The notes beneath the pieces were generated by a model. It saw nothing but the letters and a program-made list of their open reading frames with translations. It did not search any database and was not told the DNA's origin. A stretch of DNA of 63,043 nucleotides, filler included, from Reticulomyxa filosa (taxonomy: Eukaryota; Protista; Foraminifera), in assembly GCA_000512085.1 (NCBI GenBank). It is 17 parts of 17 records of this genome, joined end to end, with 100 filler letters (N's around TTAATTAATTAA, not from the genome) between each part and the next. Parts side by side here need not be neighbours in the genome. Positions count along the whole stretch, not along the records: positions 12,817 to 15,294 come from ASPP01019535.1; positions 15,395 to 20,834 come from ASPP01033866.1; positions 20,935 to 22,799 come from ASPP01029239.1; positions 22,900 to 26,660 come from ASPP01022861.1; 13 more parts are not named here. One strand, written 5' to 3'. A program made the position numbers and the translations under genes. This document shows, in pieces, positions 13,173 to 25,128 of this stretch; position 1 is the stretch's first letter, and each line of letters opens with the position of its first letter.

Positions 13173-15294
13173 TCAAAAAAATGACATTACGCAAACTAAC
13201 TGGCGTTTTGGCATGGCAGTTGACTTATGAATGTTAATTTCCAGCATTTCAGGTTTGCTTGGATTATAAACAAATGATCCAAATTTGGCCATTTCCTCAG
13301 TTAACATCTGTTTCACATTGGGACTGTTTTGCTGCATTTTTTTTTGTTGGTCTAGTTCCAGTGTAAAGTAACGTGTCACACGGAAATGCAGCGGTGTCAT
13401 TGCCATGCGATCGTCAGCAGACAAGCCCTTTTCAAACAAACAAAAAAAAAAAGAGTATAAATTTAGATGAAAACAAAAAAACTGTGCATATATACCAAAC
13501 TTTTTGGATGACCAATTTTTCAGGGTCATATTTTTGTGAAGATTGAGCATTTTTATTTGCTATAGCCAGAGCAGTTTTGAACGAGATAGAAGTTGCCGCG
13601 TCTTTTTTTTCTTCTTCCACGGCGACAGGTTTTGTCGATTTTGGATCGGATCCTTTCTCGGAGGTACTCCCTCGGAAATTGGAATTGACTTTTTTTTCTT
13701 CTTGTTCTCTGTTATCAGTGACAACGCTGCCCACAGATGGCTTGTCTGTTGCCTTAGTATTGGTATTGGATTGCAGCGTATTAGGAGTTTTTTCTTTTTC
13801 GGCCAATGAGCCTTTGTTTGGAGTGACAGAATCGGTTTTAGCTTTATTTATCGCTGCGTTATTATTATTTGCTTTGATTTGGTTTGGAGTCACTATCTCT
13901 GTGTTCGCTTTTTCAGCAGCACTTTTTGGTCCATTCAAGTTCTTGTTTTCCTTCAACGTGCTTGCTTTGTTTTCAAATAGCGCCACTTTTTTCTGATTGC
14001 CACCAATCGAGATGACCGTCGTCGTTAATTTCGCCGCTCCAGCCGTCGCAGAGGTTGTTGTGTTGCTGTTCGGATTCGTAGTGTTGGAAGCGCCAGCATT
14101 GGCATTGGTACTAGCATCATTGGCATTGGCATTAGTAGTAGTATTAGTATTAGTAGTAGTATTCGTAGTAGTAGCTTTAGAAATTGCAGATGATTTGACG
14201 GTAGAAGTAGTTGCAGGTTTATTTGCCGAGGCTGTCCAGAGTGTGGTTTTGGACGCGATCACAGATGTAGTTGTCGATGCAGAGGATGGTTTGTTTGTGG
14301 ATGTTGTCTCTGCGGAAGAAGCGGTGGACGCTGATTCCGAGTTGGCTTCTGTTGTTGCTTCCGTTTTTACTTTGAATTTTATTTCCGTTTTTGTCTCCGA
14401 CTTGCTTTCCACAGGCTGTTCGACTTTCGTTTCCAAGTGTTTCAAATTAGTTTTTATCTCGGACTTTGTTTCGGGTTTGGGCTCAACTTTTGTCGAACTG
14501 GAATTTGTGGAATTTATGGAATTGGCGGGTGGTTTTGCAGCTTCCCTCGTAGACGTGTCGCCATAGGTGGTTGCAACTGCCGCTGGAGGAGAAGGCCCGG
14601 ATGGAGTATTATTCGTTGTTGTTGTCGTCGTTGCGGAAGACATCGTTTCTTGAGGATTGGGATTGGCCGAGTTATCCACGGAATAGCGAGAAGGACTATA
14701 TAAGCTTTCGTCAAAATTAGACTCCGTGCGTGGACGTTTCGTGTTATCCTCTTCCGCTTCTCCGAACACGCTTCGTTTGTCATCCTTTGGAAATTTCTTT
14801 CTTCCAAATGATTTGCCAGGCTGCTGTTGCGGACCTGGAGATTTCGACAGTGACTCTTTGGACGTAACAGTTTGTTCCGCTTCGGAATGCTTAGATCCTT
14901 CTTGTACATGTGCATGTGCATGTGCATGTGCGTTTGCCTTAACATTGACATGATATTGATCCACTTCCTTTGAATCAGGCTCATCTTTTTTTTCCTCGTC
15001 AGCGAATTTAACAGTGCGTGCCGGTTTGCCTGTTTCAGCTTTTGCTTCCTTGTGATTGGTCAGGTATTGCTGCTCCTCTGCGGCGGACGGCAGGTCTGCA
15101 GTTTCCATGCCAGGGATCACTTGGTCTTGTTTCTCCTCGTCGAACTGGTCCTCTTCCTCTTCCTCTTCCTCTTTGTCGGCCGAGTCTTTTACTTTTATCT
15201 GCGCTTTGTTGTGTTCTTGAGCGTATTCTGCGACCACTTCTGTGGTAAAACTGGACTCCAGTGTCAATGGAGCTTTTTCTGCTGGTATAATTCA
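13173..15294 (-). CDS. 3' part of a large low-complexity (acidic, then Ser/Thr/Ala/Asn-rich) protein with a small C-terminal globular domain
   Basis: 611-codon ORF running from the contig end, followed by a spliceable exon GLSADDRMAMTPLHFRVTRYF...PKRQL. The last exon is uncertain. Confidence 0.7.
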
Positions 15295-15399
15295 NNNNNN
15301 NNNNNNNNNNNNNNNNNNNNNNNNNNNNNNNNNNNNNNTTAATTAATTAANNNNNNNNNNNNNNNNNNNNNNNNNNNNNNNNNNNNNNNNNNNNAATTA

Positions 15400-18300
15400 T
15401 TGCATTCATCACCACCTCAAATTATTCCAATTCATCAAGTGATGTTGTTTATGCATTGTTTGGATGCTTGTAAAGCAGACACTGACAGTTCATTTCTTTC
15501 ATCACAACTTCGAACTTGTCACAAATCACTTGTTGATTCATTTAAATCATGGATCATCGCTTGGATTCTTTTTGATAAAGACAATGATTATGCTTATACG
15601 AATAGTAATCGTCTTCTTGACAGACCATTGAATAAAGTGATGGAATCGCATTTACCCAATTTTCAATATATTTTGCATCATCCAGATATCCACTTGTGTA
15701 TCATTGATCAAATTAAGATAATTCAAATACAATTGAAAGCATTTAATAATTGGAAATTAATAAAGGATCGATTGAATTTATTAAAGTATTTATTTATTTC
15801 AACAGAAAATTTAGATGTTGTTTTCCAATTTTACAAACAAGTTAAGAGATACGATTGGCTGTTTGCAGACTTACTTTGTGAGATATCAGTGAAATTGAAT
15901 GAACAACAATTGGATGACGTTATTGAATTTTTCATGGATGGACCTGTTGACAACTATAAAGGTGAAAAAATTGCATCTTCAATTGCAAAAATAGCATTGA
16001 AATTGAATGAGAGACAATTGAATAAAGTGTTTGAATTTTTGATGAATGCTTTTGAGAGTGGAAAAATTACAATTTCTAATCAATGTACAGACGCACTTGC
16101 AGCGATTTCATTACGATTGGGAGGAAAACAGTTGGATAAGGCATTCCGATATATCATTCATAAGCTTCCTTTGACTTTTTCTCATGATTATAATACGTTT
16201 CAATTTATAATGAAATTGAAAGAAAAACAATTAGATGATGTTTTTCAAATTTTGATTAGTCGATTATCTGATGAAAAGGAAAATATATATATTCGTGAAA
16301 GATGCGCAGAATTACTTGAAGAACTCTCAATGAAATGGAATGAAGAACAATTGAATGGTGCTTTCAATTCTTTAAAAAACATGTTCAATCACGATTATTA
16401 TTGGAGATATGAAGCACTTGAGACAATTACAGTAAAATTTTCTGGGAAGCAATTCGACAATGCTTTTAATTATCTCATTAGATATAACGGTCAATATGCT
16501 AGTTTACTTTATGGAATTGCAAAGAGATTGGATGAACAACAATTGAACATTGCATTGCATTATTTAATGGATAAGTTAAATGATAAAAATGAATATCAAA
16601 ATATTCGTCTCAAATGCATTCTATTACTTAAAGAAATTGCAAATAAATGTAATGAACAACAATTGAATAAAGTTTTTAACTCTTCAATGCATATATTGAA
16701 TGATAAAAATAATGCTGAGTTACATGAGGAATGTGCAGAATTAATTGGAGCAATTGCAGTGAATTTAAATGGAAAATATTTTGATGATGCTTTTCAATGT
16801 TTGAAAAATGGATTAAAAGATAGTGATGAGAGTGTTCGGGGTTCAAGTGTACAATCACTTGTAACAATTTCAAAGAAATGGAGTAATACACAATTGGATA
16901 TTACTTTTCAATGTTTGATTGATGGATTTCAAAATATAAATGGATATTATTGTGATACATCCAGAGATTTACTTAAAGAAATTGTAATGAAATTGAATGA
17001 AACACAAATCGATTCTGTTTTGACATGTTTGATCAATGGAATTAAAGGCAAGAATCGAAAATTGTATGCAAAGTCTATTGAATTTCTTTTAATGAAATTA
17101 AATAAAAAGCAATTGGATGATGTTTTCGAATGTTTGAATGGATTAGAATATGAAAATGAGTGTATTCGTGCATTATGTGGATATTCACTTAAAAAAATTT
17201 CAACAAAATTGGGTGATAAACAATTGAACAGAGTTGTCAGTGCTTTCATTCAAGGGTTAACAGATGAAAATGAATATGTTCGTTATCCACATGCAATATC
17301 ACTTGATATAATTGCAGCAAAAATGAGTGAGAAACAACTGAAAGATACAATTAATACTTTGATCGATGGATTGAACAATAGCAATGAACATATTCGTAAA
17401 TCATGTGCAGAATCACTTGGAGTAATTTCAGAGAAATTGAATGAAAAACAACTGGAAGATGTAATTAATGCTTTGATCAATAGATTGAACGATAGCAATG
17501 AATATGTTCGTAAATCATGTGCAGAATCACTTGGAGAAATTGCAATGAATTTGACTGATACACAACTGAAAAGAGTTTTCAATGCTTTGCCAAAGGAGCA
17601 GGAATGTAACTACTTTAACTCACCAGAAATTTCAACGAAATGGAATGAAAAACAATCGGAGAGGATTTTCAACGCTTTGATACTTTTTTTCAAACATTCG
17701 ATGGACATAGACAACAGCATGTATAAAAGATTATTAGTGAACTCACTCGAATTAATATTAACGAAATTGAATGGCAAACAATTGTATTTATTGGTGATAT
17801 ATTTGTTGAAAAGAGCGAAAAAGAGATGTAAGTATTGTCAAAATGTATTGTCAAAAATTTCCGAAGATATGTGGAAACGTGCAACAATTGGTGGATTAAA
17901 AGAACATAGTATTTTATCTAGTAATGCAAACGAGACAATAGAACTGTTAGCTTTCGGTTTGATGACATTCAATCCTCGCATTCAATTGAATTACAATGAC
18001 GATAATATAACTTTGAATGATTTGAACGAATTGATCATGTATTGTGATGAACAAGCTATTGAATGGGAATTTCCAACTCATCAATCAAAGTGGAATAACA
18101 GTAATATTGACAAGGATATTCAATATCCTTGCTTGAATAACCAAATCGAACAAGTTTCTAATGATGAGAATGCATTCAAAGGATGTTACACTATTGTTCA
18201 TGAAGCAGCAAGATCAGGAGACTTATCACAATTCAAATTGATATTACAAAATCATCCTGATATTGATATAAATGATTCATGTAATGAACATCGACAAACT

Positions 18301-19902
18301 CCATTGCAGTTGGCAATCGATCATCAACATTGGGATATTGCTCGTTATTGCATTGAACAAGGTGCATATATTGATATTAAAAATGGTGCTGTCAACTCTC
18401 GCATCTTAACTCCTTTTAAAAATATCATAGAATTTATTATGAAAAATAAAAAGAATAAAAATACCAAAGAGTATTCAGATGCAATGGGAGTGTGTGAATT
18501 GATATTAAAACAGCGAATAATGTATCCAATGAAAAGAATTGAATATGCAATTGATTATGTAAAAGATAAATTGATTGATCAAAATGGTGAAGTCAAAACC
18601 GTTGATGAAAAGAGTTATGAAACGTTATTGCAAGAAGGTGCAATATTCTTGTTGAAAATGAGTCAGGAACAATTAAAAGAAACATTAATAAAAAATAATT
18701 CATTGTATTATTATGCTGGTCGAAATATCATATCCATTACTATGGAAAATTCAATTACAAAAAATTTTGATGATGGATGGTATCCAACGCCATTTTTAAT
18801 CTTTCGAATATTTTTATTATTTGAAGTTTGTGTTCAATTAAAACGACAAGGGAGAAGTTTTATTGGATTGCCAGAATGTATGACATTCAAACAAGTATAT
18901 GAAAAAGGTGTGAAAGAATTGCAAGTACAATTAACAACTTATTGGGATTATATTATAGTTGAAGATTTTAAACATAAATGTCCAAATTTGATGGATGATT
19001 GGAGTTGCAATGTGGTGGATCGATTGATGAAGTTGAAGCCATGTAATGAAATGAGTTTGGTGGTTGGTCATGAAGGTCATTGTATTTATTTAAGTTTGTG
19101 TAAAACATCAGATTATGTTTTGGTTAGATTAGATAATCGATGGATGGACACAGTTCCATCGAATACACCTCATTCAAAGAAAGATGAATCGATTCGACCT
19201 TATTTGGCTGCTTATTTCAAATCAAATAGTTTAGAAATTGATAAAAACAAAGAATGGTTAAAAAAATACATTAAAAATGCAACAATATTGAAAGATAGCG
19301 ACAGCGATAAGAGTATGAAACATCTTTATTGCAGTGATAATAAATCATTATCTCCTCATGAGGGAAATGTATCATCAATTGTGAAAGATTGGCCATATCG
19401 TCCAATTCAAACAGATGCACAGAATTGTTATATGAGAAGTCACAATGTTGGATATCGAATTCGTTTGGATGATGTTCTTTATGAATGGTTTAGAAATCAA
19501 GGAGACAAGAGTTTTGTGTTCGAAAAAAGAAACTCCAATGCAATCTTGAAACCAAGTGATGTTTGTCCCTCAGAGTCGATGAAAGCCCTTTCGAAGCAAT
19601 TGAAAGCTGAATTTGATGAAGTGAATAATGGAATAGCAATGAAACAAGCGCTTGTTGCAAACGCAAACATTTCTGCAATTCAAAGCAGGGCATCTTATTA
19701 TCGTGATGAATTAACCAATCAAACCTATTTTCAATTATATCTTAATTCGACTGAACGAAACCAATTTTATCGATTTTACGAATCAAATTTTCCCAAACTT
19801 ATTCAAAGTGTTAAAGAGATTGATCATGGGTTTGTTCAATTTTGTTTTGATACCCGTGTATTTCAGTGTCAAGTTATTCCTTCCTTATCTTTTTTGGAAT
19901 AA
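15400..19902 (+). CDS. Large intronless HEAT-repeat + ankyrin-repeat protein with a putative C-terminal cysteine-protease domain (5' truncated)
   Basis: 1500-codon ORF. Many ~41-aa HEAT repeats (LNEKQLEDVINALINRLNDSNEYVRKSCAESLGEI). Ankyrin repeats TIVHEAARSGD and QTPLQLAIDHQHWDIARYCIEQGA. C-terminal GHCIY/LDNRW/PIQTDAQNC motifs. Confidence 0.88.
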   Translation: MHSSPPQIIPIHQVMLFMHCLDACKADTDSSFLSSQLRTCHKSLVDSFKSWIIAWILFDKDNDYAYTNSNRLLDRPLNKVMESHLPNFQYILHHPDIHLCIIDQIKIIQIQLKAFNNWKLIKDRLNLLKYLFISTENLDVVFQFYKQVKRYDWLFADLLCEISVKLNEQQLDDVIEFFMDGPVDNYKGEKIASSIAKIALKLNERQLNKVFEFLMNAFESGKITISNQCTDALAAISLRLGGKQLDKAFRYIIHKLPLTFSHDYNTFQFIMKLKEKQLDDVFQILISRLSDEKENIYIRERCAELLEELSMKWNEEQLNGAFNSLKNMFNHDYYWRYEALETITVKFSGKQFDNAFNYLIRYNGQYASLLYGIAKRLDEQQLNIALHYLMDKLNDKNEYQNIRLKCILLLKEIANKCNEQQLNKVFNSSMHILNDKNNAELHEECAELIGAIAVNLNGKYFDDAFQCLKNGLKDSDESVRGSSVQSLVTISKKWSNTQLDITFQCLIDGFQNINGYYCDTSRDLLKEIVMKLNETQIDSVLTCLINGIKGKNRKLYAKSIEFLLMKLNKKQLDDVFECLNGLEYENECIRALCGYSLKKISTKLGDKQLNRVVSAFIQGLTDENEYVRYPHAISLDIIAAKMSEKQLKDTINTLIDGLNNSNEHIRKSCAESLGVISEKLNEKQLEDVINALINRLNDSNEYVRKSCAESLGEIAMNLTDTQLKRVFNALPKEQECNYFNSPEISTKWNEKQSERIFNALILFFKHSMDIDNSMYKRLLVNSLELILTKLNGKQLYLLVIYLLKRAKKRCKYCQNVLSKISEDMWKRATIGGLKEHSILSSNANETIELLAFGLMTFNPRIQLNYNDDNITLNDLNELIMYCDEQAIEWEFPTHQSKWNNSNIDKDIQYPCLNNQIEQVSNDENAFKGCYTIVHEAARSGDLSQFKLILQNHPDIDINDSCNEHRQTPLQLAIDHQHWDIARYCIEQGAYIDIKNGAVNSRILTPFKNIIEFIMKNKKNKNTKEYSDAMGVCELILKQRIMYPMKRIEYAIDYVKDKLIDQNGEVKTVDEKSYETLLQEGAIFLLKMSQEQLKETLIKNNSLYYYAGRNIISITMENSITKNFDDGWYPTPFLIFRIFLLFEVCVQLKRQGRSFIGLPECMTFKQVYEKGVKELQVQLTTYWDYIIVEDFKHKCPNLMDDWSCNVVDRLMKLKPCNEMSLVVGHEGHCIYLSLCKTSDYVLVRLDNRWMDTVPSNTPHSKKDESIRPYLAAYFKSNSLEIDKNKEWLKKYIKNATILKDSDSDKSMKHLYCSDNKSLSPHEGNVSSIVKDWPYRPIQTDAQNCYMRSHNVGYRIRLDDVLYEWFRNQGDKSFVFEKRNSNAILKPSDVCPSESMKALSKQLKAEFDEVNNGIAMKQALVANANISAIQSRASYYRDELTNQTYFQLYLNSTERNQFYRFYESNFPKLIQSVKEIDHGFVQFCFDTRVFQCQVIPSLSFLE

Positions 19903-20094
19903 CATTTCTCTGTACTTCTTCTCAAACCCCTTTTGATATATTTGTGTGCTTGCAATTGTAAATTCCAAAGATTTTCTTGTATGAATAAAGCTATACCAAA
20001 AACAAACAAAAAATATCAATGTAAAAAACCTTTTTTTTGTTTTTCCCAAAAGGGTCATACCTACTTAAAAAAAAACTTCAGCAGCATTAACAAC

Positions 20095-20834
20095 ATGAAT
20101 AATCAAAATACAATACAAAACTCTCCTGAAAGAGAAACAAAACAACTTAAACAAGATCAACATCTGATTACCCCCTTTCAAACTTTGAAGGCTTTGCCCA
20201 CTCCACTTTCTCATTCTCAATGTGTGCTACACAAGCACGAAATAATCATTTGTGGTGGTTTTTATCAAGGAGCTTGTTATTCTTATCATACACTCAAAAA
20301 TGAATACAAGTTTATCTGTGAATACCCAGGTAACGTTCGATTATGGGGACATTGTGCAGTGAAATTAGCAGACAGCAATAACAAAGACAGCAATGAAATT
20401 ACTTTGTTGTCTTTTGGAGGATATTATAAGCACACATTAGTGATGAAATATGTAAGTGTCTGGGATAATCACAATAATGGCAATGAAATGAATAAATCAA
20501 AGAAATTAAACAAATCAAACAATTATAATCAATGGGTTCCCTTCACAGACATAAACAATGATCCATTTATCATTGGAAGAAGTAAAGATAGTTTCCAAGG
20601 AGTGCGTGCAGTGATTGGTGGAAGCAATAATCATTTGTTATTTATCACTTATCTTAAAAGTAATATTAGTGTATTTGATTTAAATACACTTCAATTTATT
20701 AAAGATGATATTTTACCAATTAATAAAAAAATATGTTATCATTGCTTTGTATCAAAGTCAGAAAATAGACAAGGACATGAAATGATGAAATCAAATAAAC
20801 GAAATTATCAAATGCTGTTGTTTTGTGAAGATAT
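20095..20834 (+). CDS. Kelch-like beta-propeller protein, 5' part
   Basis: LKALPTPLSHSQCVLHKHEIIICGG...CYSYH, HCAVKL...LLSFGG, RAVIGG: Kelch-type GG blades. Paralogous to 49615-50347. Confidence 0.85.
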
Positions 20835-22899
20835 NNNNNNNNNNNNNNNNNNNNNNNNNNNNNNNNNNNNNNNNNNNNTTAATTAATTAANNNNNNNNNN
20901 NNNNNNNNNNNNNNNNNNNNNNNNNNNNNNNNNNACTTGGAAGATTCATCAATTTGCGTTTGATTGGTTGGAGATTGTACTCCGGATATTGTAGATGGAC
21001 TGGATTATCTCACGATCTAACTTTTTCATGTGTCTTTCGCATTGACACTACTCGCTGTTGTTGATTTTATTTTCATTGAAGGGTACAATATTATTTTCTG
21101 GATATCATTTGCGGCCACATTTTTTGGATAGTTTTTGTAATGCCTCCATTCTCACCAAGACAGCAATATTTGCTTCAGCATTTCTTTGCATCCTCTTCTT
21201 CTCCATTTACGGTTCCACCACCTATGGACTTAGCGTATTTAGTTCTTGTAAAAACAACAAACAATAAATTAATTCAAATTGTTTAGAAAAAAACACAAAA
21301 AATAATCAATGTTCTTTTAACTTTAATCTTACTTGACGATAACCACAGTTTTTTAAATCGAAAAAATAATCCAATCAAATTGTAATAATATTTTCCACCA
21401 AATCAACACGAAAGTCATATCAATTGTACATTGGAAATGCTTTCATGAATCTTTGATGTGTCAGTATCTGAAGTCACATACGCATTATCATAAACACATG
21501 TAAAAGGAGGTGATCGATATTCGACCGAAATATGTGTATTGATGAATTGCATAGTGAAAGCAATGCGTGCCAATCTGAGTATTGTTGCATGATTGTAAAC
21601 ACATAATAATTTATTGTCAATCACATTATCATCCACACTCAAATTCTTGGTGAAATTGATTTATTGTGTTGATTTTCTTTATTCATATTATCTTTTGCTT
21701 CTCTCGATAATTTCATACTTCATTGTCAGTTGTTATATTTCTTGATATAGTTCATATATTACAATACTATTTGTCCACATTTTTTCTTTTCTCCTTCACT
21801 TAATATACTCTTTCTTCCTTTTTCTTTCATTCCAAACCTACAATTAAATGATCCATGTTCACATTGTTTTAGTCAAAGCATTTCACAACAACTGAAAATA
21901 TGATAAAAAATAATATATACCTTCAAATGAAGCTGCTGTCCTTCGTGCTTGGTTGGTATTTTCTTTTATGTGCCTTTCTTGATTGCTCTGGTGCTGATGA
22001 TTTGCATTTTCTGTTTTGAATTCGAGTAAAGGCAGGATTTCATGCCACGAGGGAATTATCCACAAAATATGCATTTGTTCATCACAGCTCTGATATATTT
22101 CCATTTCCTGGATTGCATGTATTATATTGATTTATGAACTCACACAAACAATCCACCTTTGAGTTTTGAACGATACAACTGCGCTGCATTCTGTCCATGA
22201 ATTGGTTCATATTGTCTTTGTTATTTTTGATGATGACTCGTGACACTGGTCATATTTTGAGATTGGAAATATATTGAAATTGCTTATCGGATGCCAATTG
22301 GTCAACTTGTGGGAGTCGATTCCAAGATTGCTGAACATAATCACATGTTAATAAGTTGATTGGATATGTCCAATATTTGATTACTCACAGCAACACAATT
22401 TGGAAAGATGCAATTTGAGAAGTTCTATTATCGAATGAACTCATGTGGCTCACAAATAGTGCAAATACCATCTGTCGCCGATGATAAGATATTCAATACT
22501 TCCAATTCATGATTCAGACCTTGATTATTCATCCAAAATAGAGTCAGCGATGTATACTTGTTAAATGCCAATTCTGCTCTGGACAAATTGTTATTATCTT
22601 CACGATTCGCTTGAACATCGTTTTTTTTTTGTTTCAATCGATATCCACAGTACTAACGCTTCAACTAGTATGTTATTCAAAAAGAAAGGCATTCACTCTG
22701 GTACTTGTTCGATCTTACACGGCCCGCTGGTGCTGAGAATAGATAAAACTAAATTCCTTGGGCAAATGTGGGATAATCGATAGCCAATTTGAGGATTTAN
22801 NNNNNNNNNNNNNNNNNNNNNNNNNNNNNNNNNNNNNNNNNNNTTAATTAATTAANNNNNNNNNNNNNNNNNNNNNNNNNNNNNNNNNNNNNNNNNNNN

Positions 22900-23763
22900 C
22901 AAAAGTTTGCGCAATCATCTTTTAAGTATAAGTATATCTCAGTCCCCCGTTTTATCTGGTACGGGTTATCGCTATCATCACGAACCCTGAAAGTGCCGCT
23001 TGCTGTACTTTCCCACACGTGTTGTTCATCATCGTTATGTTTACTTCTCACCACCACGCGCTCACTTACTAAATAGGCGCTATAAAAGCCAACACCAAAC
23101 TGGCCTATCATGGAAATGTCTGCGCCCGCAGATATTGCTTCCATAAATTGTTTTGTGCCACTTCGGGCAATTGTTCCTAGGTTATTCACAAGATCTTCTT
23201 TTGTCATTCCGATCCCGGTATCTCTTATTATCAACAACTTTTCATCGGGATCGGGTATAATTTCAATTTTAAGTTCTTTCTCTTTTTCCAACACTTCAGG
23301 GTTCGTCAGCGATACGTATCTTATTTTGTCAAGCGCATCACTCGCATTTGATATCAACTCTCTCAAAAAAATTTCTTTGTTCGAGTAAACGGCATTAATG
23401 ATTAGGCTATTTTTTTATCATACGTATGTGTGTTTTTTTTTGTTATACGTATACACTTTTTTTAGTTATTCATACATTCGTTTTTTTTTTGCGAACTCTT
23501 CGCGTAAAGAAATTTCTCCAAAAAAAAATCCTCATCAATTGTGCGATATCCGCATTAAATTGAAAAGTCTCCGCTTCACTCTTAGACTTCCACTGCTCTT
23601 TTGCTTCCATTTCTTCCTGGGTCTTGGTTTTTTTTTGTGCCTCCTCATTATTAGCAGGTTCTGCTTCATTCGCAGAACCTGTTGCCGTTTCCTCTTGTTG
23701 AGGTTTTTCCTCATTTACATTTTCTGTTGTGGGCGCGGGTGGGTTTTCGTTACTTTCACTCAT
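22900..23763 (-). CDS. HSP90: Cytosolic-type heat shock protein 90, 5' part, with acidic N-terminal extension
   Basis: [14 protein letters not shown]|[67 protein letters not shown]. Intron 23530-23407. Confidence 0.96.
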
Positions 23764-24559
23764 TTTTTTTTTTTTTAGACTAGCAATTAATTTTTCACAA
23801 ATTAACGAGTGAACAACAAGCAAGCTTTCAAAGAAAGAAAAAAAAAAAGGGTTCCGAAACTTCCTACTCTGACGTTCACAAAACTCCCTTGTTTCGCTGA
23901 CTATCAAAAAAATTATTTTTTGTCATTTGAAAAGAAAGCTCAATAATGTAAAATTTTGATGTTCCCGTGTGCTACATTCCTGTGACAACTGATAATTTCC
24001 TGTGAACGAACTGTTTCTTTGATATATTTGAATGTGCAATATTGCTCTTTTGTTTTCAAAAAAAAAAGAATTTGATTTCCTTACATAATGCAATGATTGC
24101 TTTTTGCAGAAAATACAGTAAGCTCAATGGCCAAGGGCACACACCAGTTAAAAAAGTTTTGATAATATCTTTAAAAAAATTTTTCCAAAATAAAAGGCAC
24201 TTCCCTTAACAACTTTTACTAACTATTAATTCAGTGTCCACACAGTTCAGGACAAAAAAAGTTTTCATGTTATATTTCACTGATAACGCGCGAAAACACT
24301 CGAATTTTTACAGGCTGTCTCTTTTCGTTTAAGTGCTAATTCAGGCGAAAATCATTTTCTCAAGTTCGAGTGGACTTATCAATGTAATAGCGGTGCTTGG
24401 GTTCTGTTTTGTATTCACCAAATAAAAAATTTTGTTCAGACATTTTACAACCATTGCAAAATATTTGCTAATTGTCTCAATACTTTTTTAAAGGAAGAAT
24501 GCCAAAAAAAAAAAGGGCCTGAACAGAAAGAAAAATGAAACAAACAACAAAACTCACCA

Positions 24560-24885
24560 AAAACTTCCACCTCTCCTGTTTGTTGAAGGTGGAATTCATC
24601 GTACATTTCCATCTTCGGTAGCACACATTCGATCTTCCCCTTTCCAATTTGATTGGACCTTTTTTACTCAATTTGACTGTCCATTCCAACTGCCAACCTT
24701 CTATCCAATGGTTGGACACGTTCAAGTTCTTAAGTGAAACCACTATCGTTAGTCGCCAGTCAGTGACATGTACACTACTCCTTGTCCACGAGACGTTGGC
24801 ACTGGATTTGTTGTTTTTATAAAGGCCATTCAAATACTCTTTCAATTTCGAATAAGCCTTTTTACGGTATTCCAAAAACTCACCG
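24560..24885 (-). pseudogene. Degenerate F-actin capping protein alpha-subunit fragment
   Basis: YRKKAYSKLKEYLNGLY...LTIVVSLKNLNVSNHWIEGWQLEWTV resembles the CapZ-alpha NFWNGRWRSEW segment. GKIECV and EDGNVR (CapZ-alpha EDGNVQ) follow in shifted frames. Confidence 0.6.
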
Positions 24886-25128
24886 CTTATTATTTTACTT
24901 CCGTCGATTATTTTTTGTGCAAGTTTTTTTTTTGTGTTTTACTTTTTCCTTGACTGACAAGAGTTAACGTTTATCCAAAACCAAAAAAAATATCCAAAGA
25001 CTGCTTTTCAAAAAAGATTTTGTTCAAGTTCTGGATATTATTTTTACACATTTTCACTATGAAATTTTTTAACAGTAAACTTTGGGGTTGTTAGGGCAGC
25101 TACTGAATCTTTTTTTTCTAAAAAGAAC

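Noticed and set aside
13577-14566. Long plus-strand hydrophobic ORFs (also 29689-30063, 60575-61024, 62464-62985, 46827-47297)
   Set aside because: These are antisense shadows of real genes or of low-complexity repeats.
21190-21250. SIGGGT as a type II pantothenate kinase motif
   Set aside because: The flanking residues do not match and no other family motifs were found.
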